IMG/VR virus record: IMGVR_UViG_2850808358_000012
Span: 1 to 37,841 of that record
Direction: 5' to 3' (one strand)
Origin: a virus
Lineage: Duplodnaviria > Heunggongvirae > Uroviricota > Caudoviricetes
DNA length: 37,841 nt
A program made the position numbers and the translations under genes. Positions 20,537-29,336 of this stretch are shown here, piece by piece. Below the pieces are notes generated by a model. That model worked only from the letters and a program-made list of their open reading frames with translations, was not told the origin of the DNA and did not search any database. Positions within the stretch are counted from its first letter, which is position 1, and each line of letters begins with the position of its first letter.

Positions 20537-22019
20537 GGGTCAGCATGTCGATAAGTTCTGCATCATCCATCTGCGGATATAATGAAGCGGCTTTGTTCAT
20601 GGCGGCTTCCGGGCCATCTTTCAGCACAGAAAGAATGACGGGTTTCAGCAGGGGATCAACCGAACGCTGCCAGTCTTCCGGTGAAACGCCCATCCGGTCG
20701 ATATCATCCTCCTGCGGGATATCATCAGCGGATAATGCGGCTTCTTTCTGCGGACCGTTATCCATGACGACCGGTTGAGCAGTAAACACGGCTTCATCAC
20801 CGACCGGCTGTGGAATATGGAGTTTTTCCTGTATCCATGAGACCGGAATACGCATTCCCGCCGCCAGTTTCGGAATGGCGTCAGACAGTGCCGTAATATC
20901 ACCCGCTTCACTGGTATCAAATACAATGCCCGGCAGGCGGTTAATATCAATGGTGCTGCCACTGTTCAGTGCCAGCAGGGGATAAATCAGATCACGGTTA
21001 ATACTGCGGGCAAGCTGGCCCACATCCGCGTTACGGATTTCCCGGCGAACCTCATCATGCACTTCACCCAGCGACCGCGCGCCTTTATCGCCAGCCTCTG
21101 TGGTCAGGGTGCCGCCCAGAATAGCTTTTGAAATCGCTTTTTCTGCCCAGCCAATCATCGCCATAAAGGGGTCTGACTGACCATCTGCGGCGCTCTGAAA
21201 ATCCAGCGTCATCCCCATCGGAATAATGCCACCGGCACGTCGCCCGATATCCATCACGGCCTGCATCAGCGTGGCTTTCTCACGGTTCGTGGAGCCGGTC
21301 GGATATTTACCAACGCGCATGGGGAGTCCGTAAATTTCCAGAAACTCTGCAAAATCACGCACGGAATAGTTTTTAAAAATAAAAGGCCAGATAAGCGTGC
21401 GCACAAGGCCATTGGTGCCAACGTACCCGGTGCGGGATTTGGCCCGGTGCATAAACCAGCCGAACGGTTGCAGCTCCAGCCCGTGATAAGACGCATCACG
21501 CAGGCGTAATTCGTTCAGATTGTCTGGGTTCGCGCAGAACAGCGCCGGATCGCGATGATGCAGCGCCACCGGTACGCGCATTTTCCCAAGCCACCCCCAT
21601 TCAATCTCCTGCATGGAATAGCCCTTGAGAATGGCATCACCGGCATCAAACAGGGCATCTTCAAACCACGCCGCATCATGCAGATATTCATTCAGCATGT
21701 CGGCGTCTTTTTTCTCCTGTGCGCTGGCATCACGTGCCGGAGCGATGCGCCATTCCAGCGCCTGAATGGCAAGCCGGCGTTTGCTCAGTTCGGAAAAAAG
21801 GTGGGTGTCCTTTTCTTCCATATCAAAGGCCAGGTCAGCCTGTGCGGTCAGATCACCGCGTTCGGCATCACGCAGCATCTGCGCGGCCCGGTTCGGCGTC
21901 ACACCACTGGAAGGATGCTCCTGCGTACGCTTCATGACCATTGCCAGCTCATCGCTGCGGGTCTGCATTTCATCGTCAAAATCAAACGGCTGCCCGGAAA
22001 TATCCAGAATACGGCCCAT
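20481..22019 (-). CDS. H: Portal protein (Mu H-like)
   Basis: 512 aa, immediately downstream of the terminase large subunit. Confidence 0.75.
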   Translation of the reverse strand: MGRILDISGQPFDFDDEMQTRSDELAMVMKRTQEHPSSGVTPNRAAQMLRDAERGDLTAQADLAFDMEEKDTHLFSELSKRRLAIQALEWRIAPARDASAQEKKDADMLNEYLHDAAWFEDALFDAGDAILKGYSMQEIEWGWLGKMRVPVALHHRDPALFCANPDNLNELRLRDASYHGLELQPFGWFMHRAKSRTGYVGTNGLVRTLIWPFIFKNYSVRDFAEFLEIYGLPMRVGKYPTGSTNREKATLMQAVMDIGRRAGGIIPMGMTLDFQSAADGQSDPFMAMIGWAEKAISKAILGGTLTTEAGDKGARSLGEVHDEVRREIRNADVGQLARSINRDLIYPLLALNSGSTIDINRLPGIVFDTSEAGDITALSDAIPKLAAGMRIPVSWIQEKLHIPQPVGDEAVFTAQPVVMDNGPQKEAALSADDIPQEDDIDRMGVSPEDWQRSVDPLLKPVILSVLKDGPEAAMNKAASLYPQMDDAELIDMLTRAIFVADIWGRLDAAADH

Positions 22020-23673
22020 TACCAGCCCCCTCGTTCAAACTGGTGATAATCATCAAAATCATCGTTATCAACACCATCACCACGGTGGCGTGGTGGCAGC
22101 GCCTGTATGCTGTCCTCGTCGATAACAAAACCATTCATATAAGACGCCCTGACAGCCATACAGAGCGCCACGGCAAAGTCGCCATGTCGTCGGCCTTTAC
22201 CGCCTTCGTCTTTTGTGCGCCCCTTATCAATCTGCGGAATACCTTTGTCCACCTTGATGTGGAGCAGGTCATCAAGTGTGGTCTGGTGCCGGGCAATCGT
22301 GATGTTCTGCGCTTCAAACTCGCCTTTCAGTTTCGGCATCCACTCCTGATACCAGGATGCGGTCAGATTCACACAGTCGATCATCTCCGGGCCATAAATC
22401 AGACGGGCGGCTTCTGCCAGATAACCGCCGTTACCGGTGGCATCAAATGCAGCGCCGGTAAAACGGGGCAAACGGGACAGAATGAATAAAAGGATTTGTC
22501 GCTGCTGGTCATAGGTCACATTACGCAGCTCCACGCGGAAACATTCGCGTTTGCGTAAGTCAGGCGTGATGGCAAGCGGCACAAACACCGTCAGGTCGCC
22601 ACGGCGTGCAAAGTCTTCGCCCAGTACGTGTTTATTGAGCGGCGACAGCGCATCGAGCAACGGGAGCAGCTCCTGTTCACACCAGTCCTGAACGATGCCG
22701 TGGCGCATTTGTGGTGTCAGCGATTCAAAATCGTCCGGGGCTTCAAAACGCAGAACCGGGATATCCCGCGCGGGTGTCATGGCAGCTTCAATCAGCACGC
22801 GTGACAGATAAGCGCCCCGGATTTTTTAGGAATGCAGCCGTATTCCTCGTCGGCGCTCTCTTTATTCGGCGCATTCCGGTACAGGCCATCACGCCAGGCT
22901 TTTTCCGCTTCCGGCGACCACGGCTGATTCGTGACGTAACAGATACGCCGGTACAACCCGTCAGCGATGGCATCATCCAGTGTGATGCGGTGAACGCTGT
23001 AATCCTTGCGCCCCTCGCGCGCATCCTGAATGTACTGGTTAAACAGGTTATCGACGCCGTTATGTGTCGATATGATGCGCACGCTGGCACCCCACATGTT
23101 TAGTGCAAAGGCCGCTTTCAGCAGTTCGTCCAGGGCTTCATGGAATGCCGCTTCATCAATCACCACGTCCCCCTGCAAACCACGCAGGTTAGACGGGCGG
23201 CTTGACAGCGCCTGTATCTTAAATCCGCTGTTCGGAAAGCGGATCATGTAGGTGAGGATTTCTTCTTTTTTGTCGCTGTCCCAGAAGGTCTGCTCCCAGA
23301 CGTCAGCCTTTGCCAGCTGGTTAAAGGCGCGGGCAAACAGGGCACAGGCGGCGATGTATTCCAGCGCCATTTCCTGACGGGAACCCACATAAAAGACGTT
23401 GCGACCACCGCGACGCTTCGGCTTTGCTGCCGTCATGACATTGCGGCCCGCTTCAGCCCATGTCAGACCGGTACGACGGGATTTTTCAGCGATGCAAATC
23501 TGGCTTTCATCCTCAAACCAGCGGCGCTGATAGCCCAGAAAAACCGGTTCATTGCGGGGCTGTGCTTCCCCGATATCGGTCACGATATTCACGCCGAGCA
23601 GTTCGGCTTCCTTACGCAGGTTGATTTTGCGGGGCGCATGAAGGGCTTTAAGTTTGCTTTCTCTGGTGCTCAC
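22019..23673 (-). CDS. Terminase large subunit, frameshifted as sequenced
   Basis: Two ORFs (22792..23673 and 22019..22798) in frames differing by 1 nt. The downstream frame is open from 22825; one extra A in the A6 run (plus-strand T6 at 22822-22827) restores a ~552-aa ORF. Confidence 0.7.
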
Positions 23674-23728
23674 GGGTGAAAAATCCGGTATAAATTTTCA
23701 GGCATTAATCAGTAAAAAAGAGGTTTTT

Positions 23729-23923
23729 ATGAAAGAGAAACTGACCATTGATCAAAAAATCGAAATTGCCCGGATAGCCGTGCAAATGTTTGAATCCACC
23801 CGGGCAAAAGGCGTTTCACTTGAGATCTCCTGTTCAGGAAAAGCATCAGTGGAAGAAAACACATTTAATGCTTTCTACAAAATTGTTGAAAAAACCGTTA
23901 TCGGTGAACCTGAGAATAACTGA
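23729..23923 (+). CDS. Small hypothetical protein (64 aa) on the opposite strand
   Basis: Strong SD (AAGAGG 5 nt upstream of ATG); AT-rich; converges on and overlaps the 3' end of the 23898..24095 ORF. Confidence 0.5.
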   Translation: MKEKLTIDQKIEIARIAVQMFESTRAKGVSLEISCSGKASVEENTFNAFYKIVEKTVIGEPENN

Positions 23924-24095
23924 TCACCTGGCCCGCTGTAGCCGGGCCATCCACCAGTTGCATAACCAGATACAGGGCCTCGGCCATAATTCGTGGATGG
24001 ACTTCCGGATCCTCATCAATCTGTTTTTTCACAACGGGCCACAGTGCCATTGCCAGTTCTGTTGAGGTTTTGTATTTAGTTTTTTCATCCGCCAT
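23898..24095 (-). CDS. Small hypothetical protein (65 aa)
   Basis: GAGGAG 6 nt upstream of the second ATG (MADEKTKYK...); AT-rich segment between gp27-like gene and terminase. Confidence 0.45.
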   Translation of the reverse strand: MADEKTKYKTSTELAMALWPVVKKQIDEDPEVHPRIMAEALYLVMQLVDGPATAGQVISYSQVHR

Positions 24096-24105
24096 TTTCA
24101 TCTCC

Positions 24106-24276
24106 TCAGGACAAAGTCCTTAGTTGTTTTATGGTCGTATGCCATGAATTGCCTGAAGCCATAGCCTGAACAAGCACATCCCGAATCTGGTGTATCAACC
24201 GGACATCAGACAATGTTGCAATCCTGAAGGCTTTTTTATGGGCACTGATTAGCTGTGCTTTGTAATTATTTTTCAT
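24106..24276 (-). CDS. Small hypothetical protein (56 aa)
   Basis: Distal part of six-frame ORF 24106..24471; starts 10 nt after the stop of the 24287..24877 gene. Confidence 0.35.
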   Translation of the reverse strand: MKNNYKAQLISAHKKAFRIATLSDVRLIHQIRDVLVQAMASGNSWHTTIKQLRTLS

Positions 24277-24286
24277 AACGTAACGC

Positions 24287-24877
24287 CTACGCTTTCCCCA
24301 GCAGTACATCACGGATGCGCTGCTCCAGTTCTTCGCTGATGCCATCCTGCCCGCGCAGTTCTTCACTGACGGCGTTTGCCGCTTCTTCTGCGAACGCCTG
24401 GCGGATTTCTTTCTCGCGCCGGTGGCTGGACATTGCTGTGGATTCCAGACGCTGTGCCGCCAGCATGGCATTTTTCAGCAGGTCAATATCCACGTCAGAT
24501 TCCGGGTTTTCGATTTGCCGCATCATGGCCTTAAAAAGCTGGCTGCGGGCCATTTCCAGAATCAGCTTTGTGGTTTCGCCCATTGGCTTGTCGCCAAGCT
24601 CTGCGGTCAGTGCTGACGTCATTTCACGCATCTGTCGCAGGTTATGGCCTACCTGCTCGACGTTCGTCGCGTAACGGTTCAGACCGGAACGGGAGAGTTT
24701 CATCTCATCCGGCAGGCCAGCGTCTTCAATCAGTGCGTTAATTTCTTCAAGAATACGGGCCTGTGGGATCGCCTTATCACGCAGCATTTCATGCAGCGTT
24801 TTACGTACGTTTTCCGGCAGTAAATCCACTTTTGAAGCCCGTCCCCGTGTTTTCCTGTCCATCACGCCTCCTGTCAT
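24287..24877 (-). CDS. Mu gp27-like protein, possible terminase small subunit
   Basis: 196 aa, position upstream of terminase large subunit. Confidence 0.5.
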   Translation of the reverse strand: MTGGVMDRKTRGRASKVDLLPENVRKTLHEMLRDKAIPQARILEEINALIEDAGLPDEMKLSRSGLNRYATNVEQVGHNLRQMREMTSALTAELGDKPMGETTKLILEMARSQLFKAMMRQIENPESDVDIDLLKNAMLAAQRLESTAMSSHRREKEIRQAFAEEAANAVSEELRGQDGISEELEQRIRDVLLGKA

Positions 24878-25164
24878 GCACGGGGACGCGGACGCTTGAC
24901 ACCGGCAATGCGGGCACGGCCTTCCGCCACATCCTGACCACGGGAGGTCAGCGTTACGACATAAAAGCCGCGCAGGTTTTCCACGGTGACCAGTTGCTGC
25001 TCTGCCAGCCAGTCAATCTGGCCGCGAACCACATCACGGGAAACGTTGTGTCCGTATGCATCCAGACAGTCCTGAAGGATGGATTCGTTGGCTTCGTTAT
25101 TGCAGTCCATCAGGGAACGCAGGATGACCAGACGACGGTCTTCGGTCAGAATATCGTTAATCAT
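24874..25164 (-). CDS. Hypothetical late protein
   Basis: 96-aa ORF in the late operon. Confidence 0.45.
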   Translation of the reverse strand: MINDILTEDRRLVILRSLMDCNNEANESILQDCLDAYGHNVSRDVVRGQIDWLAEQQLVTVENLRGFYVVTLTSRGQDVAEGRARIAGVKRPRPRA

Positions 25165-25481
25165 GAATTACTCCGGTTTACTGCGTTTTCAAGCAGCAGC
25201 TCCAGTTGATGGGAAAATGACTGCACCTGCCGGGACAGCACCCGGATATCGCCGGACAGCTCTGCAATTCGCAGGCGCATTTCGTGTACATCTTCTGTGC
25301 CAGGGATGCTGGCGTAGCGGGTTTCCATTTCGGTCATCCGGTTTTCAAGACGCTCCACACGCTCGGTGCTGGCAAAACTACGACGCATCGCCCAGACGGC
25401 CCCACCGGCGGCGACAGGCAACAGGTACAACAGGTAAGGCCATAACGCTAAAACTGAATCCATTATTCTGCTCCACGGCAC
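25161..25481 (-). CDS. Membrane-anchored coiled-coil protein (lysis-associated?)
   Basis: N-terminal hydrophobic segment (VLALWPYLLYLLPVAAGGAVWA) followed by a charged helix. Confidence 0.45.
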   Translation of the reverse strand: MPWSRIMDSVLALWPYLLYLLPVAAGGAVWAMRRSFASTERVERLENRMTEMETRYASIPGTEDVHEMRLRIAELSGDIRVLSRQVQSFSHQLELLLENAVNRSNS

Positions 25482-25657
25482 CAGTGGCAGTAGTTCGCCA
25501 TCGGCTGCTGTCTCAGCACATCAGGCCGCAGCTTACGACCGCAACCGGCGCACAATACAGGCGGGTCATACGCCGCCGGACGGGGAATATCACGGGTATT
25601 CCCCTGCCAGAGTTCAGCGAGCAGCAGCGCCACCGCCCGGTTCTGGTCTTCGTTCAT
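25463..25657 (-). CDS. Small zinc-ribbon protein
   Basis: 64 aa with CAGCGRK...CHWCRG. Confidence 0.4.
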   Translation of the reverse strand: MNEDQNRAVALLLAELWQGNTRDIPRPAAYDPPVLCAGCGRKLRPDVLRQQPMANYCHWCRGAE

Positions 25658-25955
25658 AAATTTCTTTCCTCCGGGTCTCCTGTTCCCGGACTGATGCCTT
25701 GTCGCGGTTGCACTGCCCGAGCGCTATCAGCAGGTCAGCATTCCAGAGCAGGGATGCTCCCCACGTCAGGGGCTGTGGCATGGGCGGAACGGGCGTTGCT
25801 TCCGTCAGTTCTGCATCAGTTTCGGGCAGGATCACCACCGATGGCACGGGTGCGTTTTTCGAGTTCCCGCAACCTGTCAGCAGCAACGGCAGGCACAGGA
25901 CGAGTGCTGCAATTGTCACCGGTAATGGCGGTTGTAATTTTTTGTTTTGCATCAT
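25614..25955 (-). CDS. o-spanin-like outer-membrane lipoprotein
   Basis: Starts MMQNKK...; signal peptide plus lipobox LLLTGC; overlaps the 3' end of the i-spanin-like gene in another frame; Pro-rich. Confidence 0.6.
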   Translation of the reverse strand: MMQNKKLQPPLPVTIAALVLCLPLLLTGCGNSKNAPVPSVVILPETDAELTEATPVPPMPQPLTWGASLLWNADLLIALGQCNRDKASVREQETRRKEIYERRPEPGGGAAAR

Positions 25956-26202
25956 GATGTTCTGTCTCGTCTGCCAGCCGCGCGGCACGATTTGCGGCAC
26001 GGATAGCGGAAAATACCTGCATCGTCTGTTCCTGACTGTGTAACAACCATTCAGCCGTGTTGCGGGCCTGTTGCTCCGTCTGTAATTCACGGCGCAGCGT
26101 CTGGTTATCGTGGCGGGTGCTGTCCAGCCTGTGCCACAACACCCCGGACAGAACGGCGGCAAACACGGCTGCCAGCAGTAAACTTTTACTGGCGAAGGTC
26201 AT
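25816..26202 (-). CDS. i-spanin-like protein
   Basis: N-terminal TM helix (SLLLAAVFAAVLSGVLW) then charged coiled-coil region; directly downstream of lys. Confidence 0.6.
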   Translation of the reverse strand: MTFASKSLLLAAVFAAVLSGVLWHRLDSTRHDNQTLRRELQTEQQARNTAEWLLHSQEQTMQVFSAIRAANRAARLADETEHHDAKQKITTAITGDNCSTRPVPAVAADRLRELEKRTRAIGGDPARN

Positions 26203-26704
26203 CCGCCCCCCTGATATTCCAGATAGCCATTTCCACTTCGCGACGGTTCATCAGTCCTTTCCATTTATGGCCTGCGGCAAACACCCAGCGGGCCATCTGG
26301 TCACGCGCTCCGGCGTAATCACCGGCATTGAGTTTTTTCAGCAGCGTTGATTTACTGAATGCGGTAACACCGGTGTTGAAAATAAACGTTGCCAGCGCCG
26401 TTTTCTGATATGGCGTCAGCGGCACCCTGACAAGACGATCGATTGCCGCATAAACCGGTTTTAAATCACTGTCGAGAAAAGCCATACACTCCGCATGGCT
26501 GTAACGGCGCATTTCGATATCCGGCCCGGTATGTCCCACACAGACCGTAAGCACACTGGCAATATCGCGGTAAGGCATATAAGCGATATTTTCCAGATGG
26601 ATCAGAGAATGACGGGTCATTTCCTGATAACCACCCACACCGCCACCGGCAATCGTTGCCGCCAGCAGTGCGGCTTTCAGTTTTTTTGGTATCCCCGCCA
26701 TCAT
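26186..26704 (-). CDS. lys: Endolysin, GH24 lysozyme with N-terminal SAR-like domain
   Basis: E-x8-D-x5-T catalytic motif (ENIAYMPYRD IASVLT) preceded by a Gly/Ala-rich weakly hydrophobic N-terminus (KLKAALLAATIAGGGVGGY). Confidence 0.75.
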   Translation of the reverse strand: MMAGIPKKLKAALLAATIAGGGVGGYQEMTRHSLIHLENIAYMPYRDIASVLTVCVGHTGPDIEMRRYSHAECMAFLDSDLKPVYAAIDRLVRVPLTPYQKTALATFIFNTGVTAFSKSTLLKKLNAGDYAGARDQMARWVFAAGHKWKGLMNRREVEMAIWNIRGADDLRQ

Positions 26705-26776
26705 GCTTCCCTGAAAAAATGCTCTGATGGCAGTCTAAAAAATCAGATGGCAGGTGCGGGATTATGGTGACAGGAA

Positions 26777-26800
26777 ATAACCGGCAGGATGCCGGTTATT
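26777..26800. promoter_or_regulatory. Palindrome overlapping the C stop codon; candidate C-binding site or terminator ahead of lys
   Basis: AATAACCGGC-aggat-GCCGGTTATT. Confidence 0.35.
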
Positions 26801-27218
26801 TCTGGCTTTCAGGTGAGAACAGATCAGGCTGATGACGTCGTGTATGCAGCTTTCTCTGGCGGGCAATAATCTGGTAGATCTGCGGCTGGGACAGGCGGTA
26901 CTGGCGACGCAGTTCTTCCATGTTACGACCATTGAACTGGCAGTAAAGCAAATCGTCGCGTAACGCGGTCAGGATCGTATCGCCGCAGGGGATGTAAAAC
27001 TGCCGCCCCCCCAGAAAACAGGACAGGGCAACGGCCTGTTTACGGGCAAGCTCACGGGGATTGCTGACGTTCTGGCGTTTCAGTTCGTTTTCCAGAACAT
27101 CAATCAGATCAACCACTGAACGGGGCCAGCGTGATTCCAGTTCCGGGGCCGGGATGTTATCAATATGCCCGATTAACTGGCGAATTGCCGGATCGTGTTC
27201 AAATAAATCATGCTGCAT
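26796..27218 (-). CDS. C: Late gene transcription activator C
   Basis: 140 aa; paralogous to the mor product (shared ...GG.Q.YIP.G...FNGRN..EL...Y motif); position upstream of lys. Confidence 0.8.
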   Translation of the reverse strand: MQHDLFEHDPAIRQLIGHIDNIPAPELESRWPRSVVDLIDVLENELKRQNVSNPRELARKQAVALSCFLGGRQFYIPCGDTILTALRDDLLYCQFNGRNMEELRRQYRLSQPQIYQIIARQRKLHTRRHQPDLFSPESQK

Positions 27219-27229
27219 ATTTTCCCCGG

Positions 27230-27349
27230 TTAACAGACAAAAAGATACACCACGGCACTGATGGTTATCAGAACCACAAGGGCAATCACTTTTATCGCAT
27301 TAATCAGCGTGGACGGCCCGAAACATTCATCACTGAATTTTCTGTACAC
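27230..27349 (-). CDS. Candidate 39-aa hydrophobic peptide upstream of C
   Basis: GTG start with AAGGA 8 nt upstream; product ...INAIKVIALVVLITISAVVYLFVC has one predicted TM helix. Below the ORF-track length cut-off. Confidence 0.3.
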   Translation of the reverse strand: MYRKFSDECFGPSTLINAIKVIALVVLITISAVVYLFVC

Positions 27350-27605
27350 AATATTTTTCCTTATAACGTTGACAGTGGTGAAGAATTTCCGGCATATCAA
27401 CTGACTGCCAGCCTTTCATGTAATAACTGCCGTGGGTGCCATCATGACCGGTATAGTCGCGGGGCGCAGGCCGTGGCCCACCGGCGACACGGTGCAAAAC
27501 CTCCTGACGCAGCCGCTCACGTCTGCCAAGATGAAAGGATGCATTCCAGCCTTTACCCATGATGATTTCCCCCGGTACGGTTATTCATCACAGGATATTG
27601 AGGAC

Positions 27606-27632
27606 GTAAAAAAAGCCGGATTAACCGGCTTT
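27606..27632 (-). terminator. Intrinsic terminator at the end of the early operon (after mor)
   Basis: Minus strand: AAGCCGG-ttaa-CCGGCTT followed by TTTTTTT, immediately after the mor stop. Confidence 0.65.
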
Positions 27633-27637
27633 ACTGT

Positions 27638-28027
27638 TTACAGAAGTGAGGGCTGGTACTGGCGGTATTTCAGCCGTCGCATCCGGCGAATGGCCTTGTA
27701 AACCGTATTGAAAGTGACACCATAACGGGTGGTCAGTTCGCTGACGTTGCGACCGTTAAAATCATTCCAGATACGCAAATCCCGAATCAGCGAGTCCAGA
27801 ACCTGACCGCGTGGAATGTAGACCTGACCGCCGCCCAGATGCTTACAGATAGCCACAACAATCTCCAGTGAATGGGCAGGATCAACACCCAGCCGGGACA
27901 ATTCCCCGCGTAGTAAATCGTTCAGCTCCGCCAGCAGTGCCGGAAAGCGTGACGTATCCTCTGCGGGATTGTCAAGATGTGCCAGGATGGTGTCATCCTG
28001 CAAATCACCAAATAAATCTTCCGTCAT
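27638..28027 (-). CDS. mor: Middle operon regulator Mor
   Basis: 129 aa, paralogue of C, last gene of the early operon. Confidence 0.8.
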   Translation of the reverse strand: MTEDLFGDLQDDTILAHLDNPAEDTSRFPALLAELNDLLRGELSRLGVDPAHSLEIVVAICKHLGGGQVYIPRGQVLDSLIRDLRIWNDFNGRNVSELTTRYGVTFNTVYKAIRRMRRLKYRQYQPSLL

Positions 28028-28575
28028 TGTGCCATCCTCCGTGTCTTTCTGGCATGGGCATAAGCCGCCGTCATGGCATCATAGCCGCGCAGTTCACGAC
28101 CAGACGGACTGACCGGCAATGGAATCCCGTGACGGGAAAAGGCTTCACGAATACAGCGGATGTGCCACTGTTTCAGGGTTTCAAGCACAACTTGCAACGA
28201 TTCTCCGTGGCACCAAGCCAGCGTGGAAACACCCTGTCCGCCATTACGTTTCGCCGTCAGGCGCTGAACATATTTATCCAGCGCCACATCACCGCCATCG
28301 GTAATAAAACCGTCTTCTGCCATCTGCTGCCAGACTTTGTATACCTTCTCGCGGGGAGTGACATGCCCCTTAAAGCGGCGACGTGGATGTTTATTCAGCT
28401 TCTTAAAGCCGCGTTCTTTCATGGCATCGAGCACCTGTTCCAGTTGCGTAACCGTAAGCTCGCGGCAACTGGTTTTGCCCGTTTTCTGCATCAGAAAAGC
28501 GCGGTAAGTGTCGTCGTCGAGTTGTAGCTCCCGACGGGCGACATGGATTAATTTAATCAGGGATGTGCGATTCAT
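28024..28575 (-). CDS. gemA: GemA-like early protein
   Basis: 183 aa immediately upstream of mor; N-terminus MNRTSLIKLIHVARREL... matches Mu GemA as I recall it. Confidence 0.7.
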   Translation of the reverse strand: MNRTSLIKLIHVARRELQLDDDTYRAFLMQKTGKTSCRELTVTQLEQVLDAMKERGFKKLNKHPRRRFKGHVTPREKVYKVWQQMAEDGFITDGGDVALDKYVQRLTAKRNGGQGVSTLAWCHGESLQVVLETLKQWHIRCIREAFSRHGIPLPVSPSGRELRGYDAMTAAYAHARKTRRMAQ

Positions 28576-28593
28576 GATCGTACCTCCGGAAAG

Positions 28594-28615
28594 AGGCGGT
28601 GCTGCAACACCGCCT
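28594..28615. promoter_or_regulatory. Perfect 8-bp inverted repeat with 6-bp spacer upstream of the gemA RBS
   Basis: AGGCGGTG-ctgcaa-CACCGCCT. Confidence 0.35.
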
Positions 28616-28644
28616 GAATTTACACATCAATCAGAGAGGATTTT

Positions 28645-28911
28645 ATGGAAAATAATGTACAACCTTATGATGTTGCAGGTTATGCGATTGCATCAGCACT
28701 GGTGCGCCTTCTGGTGAAGAAGGCGATCATCACCGCAGAAGAGGGCCAAGCCATTTTCAGCTCTTCAGCAGAGATTTTAAAAGATGCGCCTGCAATGAGA
28801 ACAAGCCGCCGCGAAAAACTGCAACTGTCAAAGATCATGGAAGACATTATCAGTTCGTTAGACCCAGATGCTGACGGATCTCAAAAGCCTCAAACACATG
28901 AGCGTCAGTAA
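28645..28911 (+). CDS. Hypothetical 88-aa protein on the opposite strand inside the early region
   Basis: Strong SD (GAGAGGA 5 nt upstream of ATG); AT-rich; 3' end overlaps the convergent 28850..29167 ORF by 62 nt. Confidence 0.45.
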   Translation: MENNVQPYDVAGYAIASALVRLLVKKAIITAEEGQAIFSSSAEILKDAPAMRTSRREKLQLSKIMEDIISSLDPDADGSQKPQTHERQ

Positions 28912-29167
28912 CAATATCCTGGTCTGATAACCCCAGCCTGCGGCGGATGTACTCCTCGCGGGCTGTTTCATTTTGCAGTGCCACTAATGTTTCCAGACGA
29001 TTCATTTCGCGGTTGATAATGTCACGAACTTCTCTGGCAGTGAGAGCGTGCTTAATACCATATTCAACGATAGCGCGAACACGTTCCAGCATCCTTTTTT
29101 CAGCCATGACGTTATCAATATTAAGGGGAGTAAATTTAGTTTCATTATCCATATTATTCACCTTCAC
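28850..29167 (-). CDS. Hypothetical early protein
   Basis: 105-aa ORF, AT-rich. Confidence 0.5.
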   Translation of the reverse strand: MKVNNMDNETKFTPLNIDNVMAEKRMLERVRAIVEYGIKHALTAREVRDIINREMNRLETLVALQNETAREEYIRRRLGLSDQDIVTDAHVFEAFEIRQHLGLTN

Positions 29168-29336
29168 AATTCATGCACGCCGTGTCATCGCCCATATCGC
29201 AGTGGTTGCATTTCAGCCCGCCACAATGAGGGCACTCTTTCAGATATTCAGGGGCTTCATTACCGCAGGTCGGACATGCCTGTTTCACCGTGGTGAATGC
29301 CCCCAGCCACGAATACGATGTTTCATTGTTTTCCAT
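29154..29336 (-). CDS. Small double zinc-ribbon protein
   Basis: 60 aa with four CxxC pairs (CPTC, CPHC, CNHC, CMNC). Confidence 0.5.
   Translation of the reverse strand: MENNETSYSWLGAFTTVKQACPTCGNEAPEYLKECPHCGGLKCNHCDMGDDTACMNCEGE

Noticed and set aside
24277-24471. Upstream 65 codons of six-frame ORF 24106..24471
   Set aside because: Overlaps the gp27-like gene in another frame with an Arg/Ser-rich translation; only the distal 56 codons after the gp27 stop were kept.
25956-26162. N-terminal 69 codons of six-frame ORF 25614..26162
   Set aside because: Out-of-frame overlap with the i-spanin-like gene; the lipoprotein signal peptide starts at the internal Met (MMQNKK).
27131-27701. Plus-strand ORFs 27131..27562 and 27432..27701 and minus-strand ORF 27330..27560 in the mor-C interval
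   Set aside because: Poor composition (His/Arg/Cys-rich), no SD, and they overlap the early terminator and presumed middle promoter.
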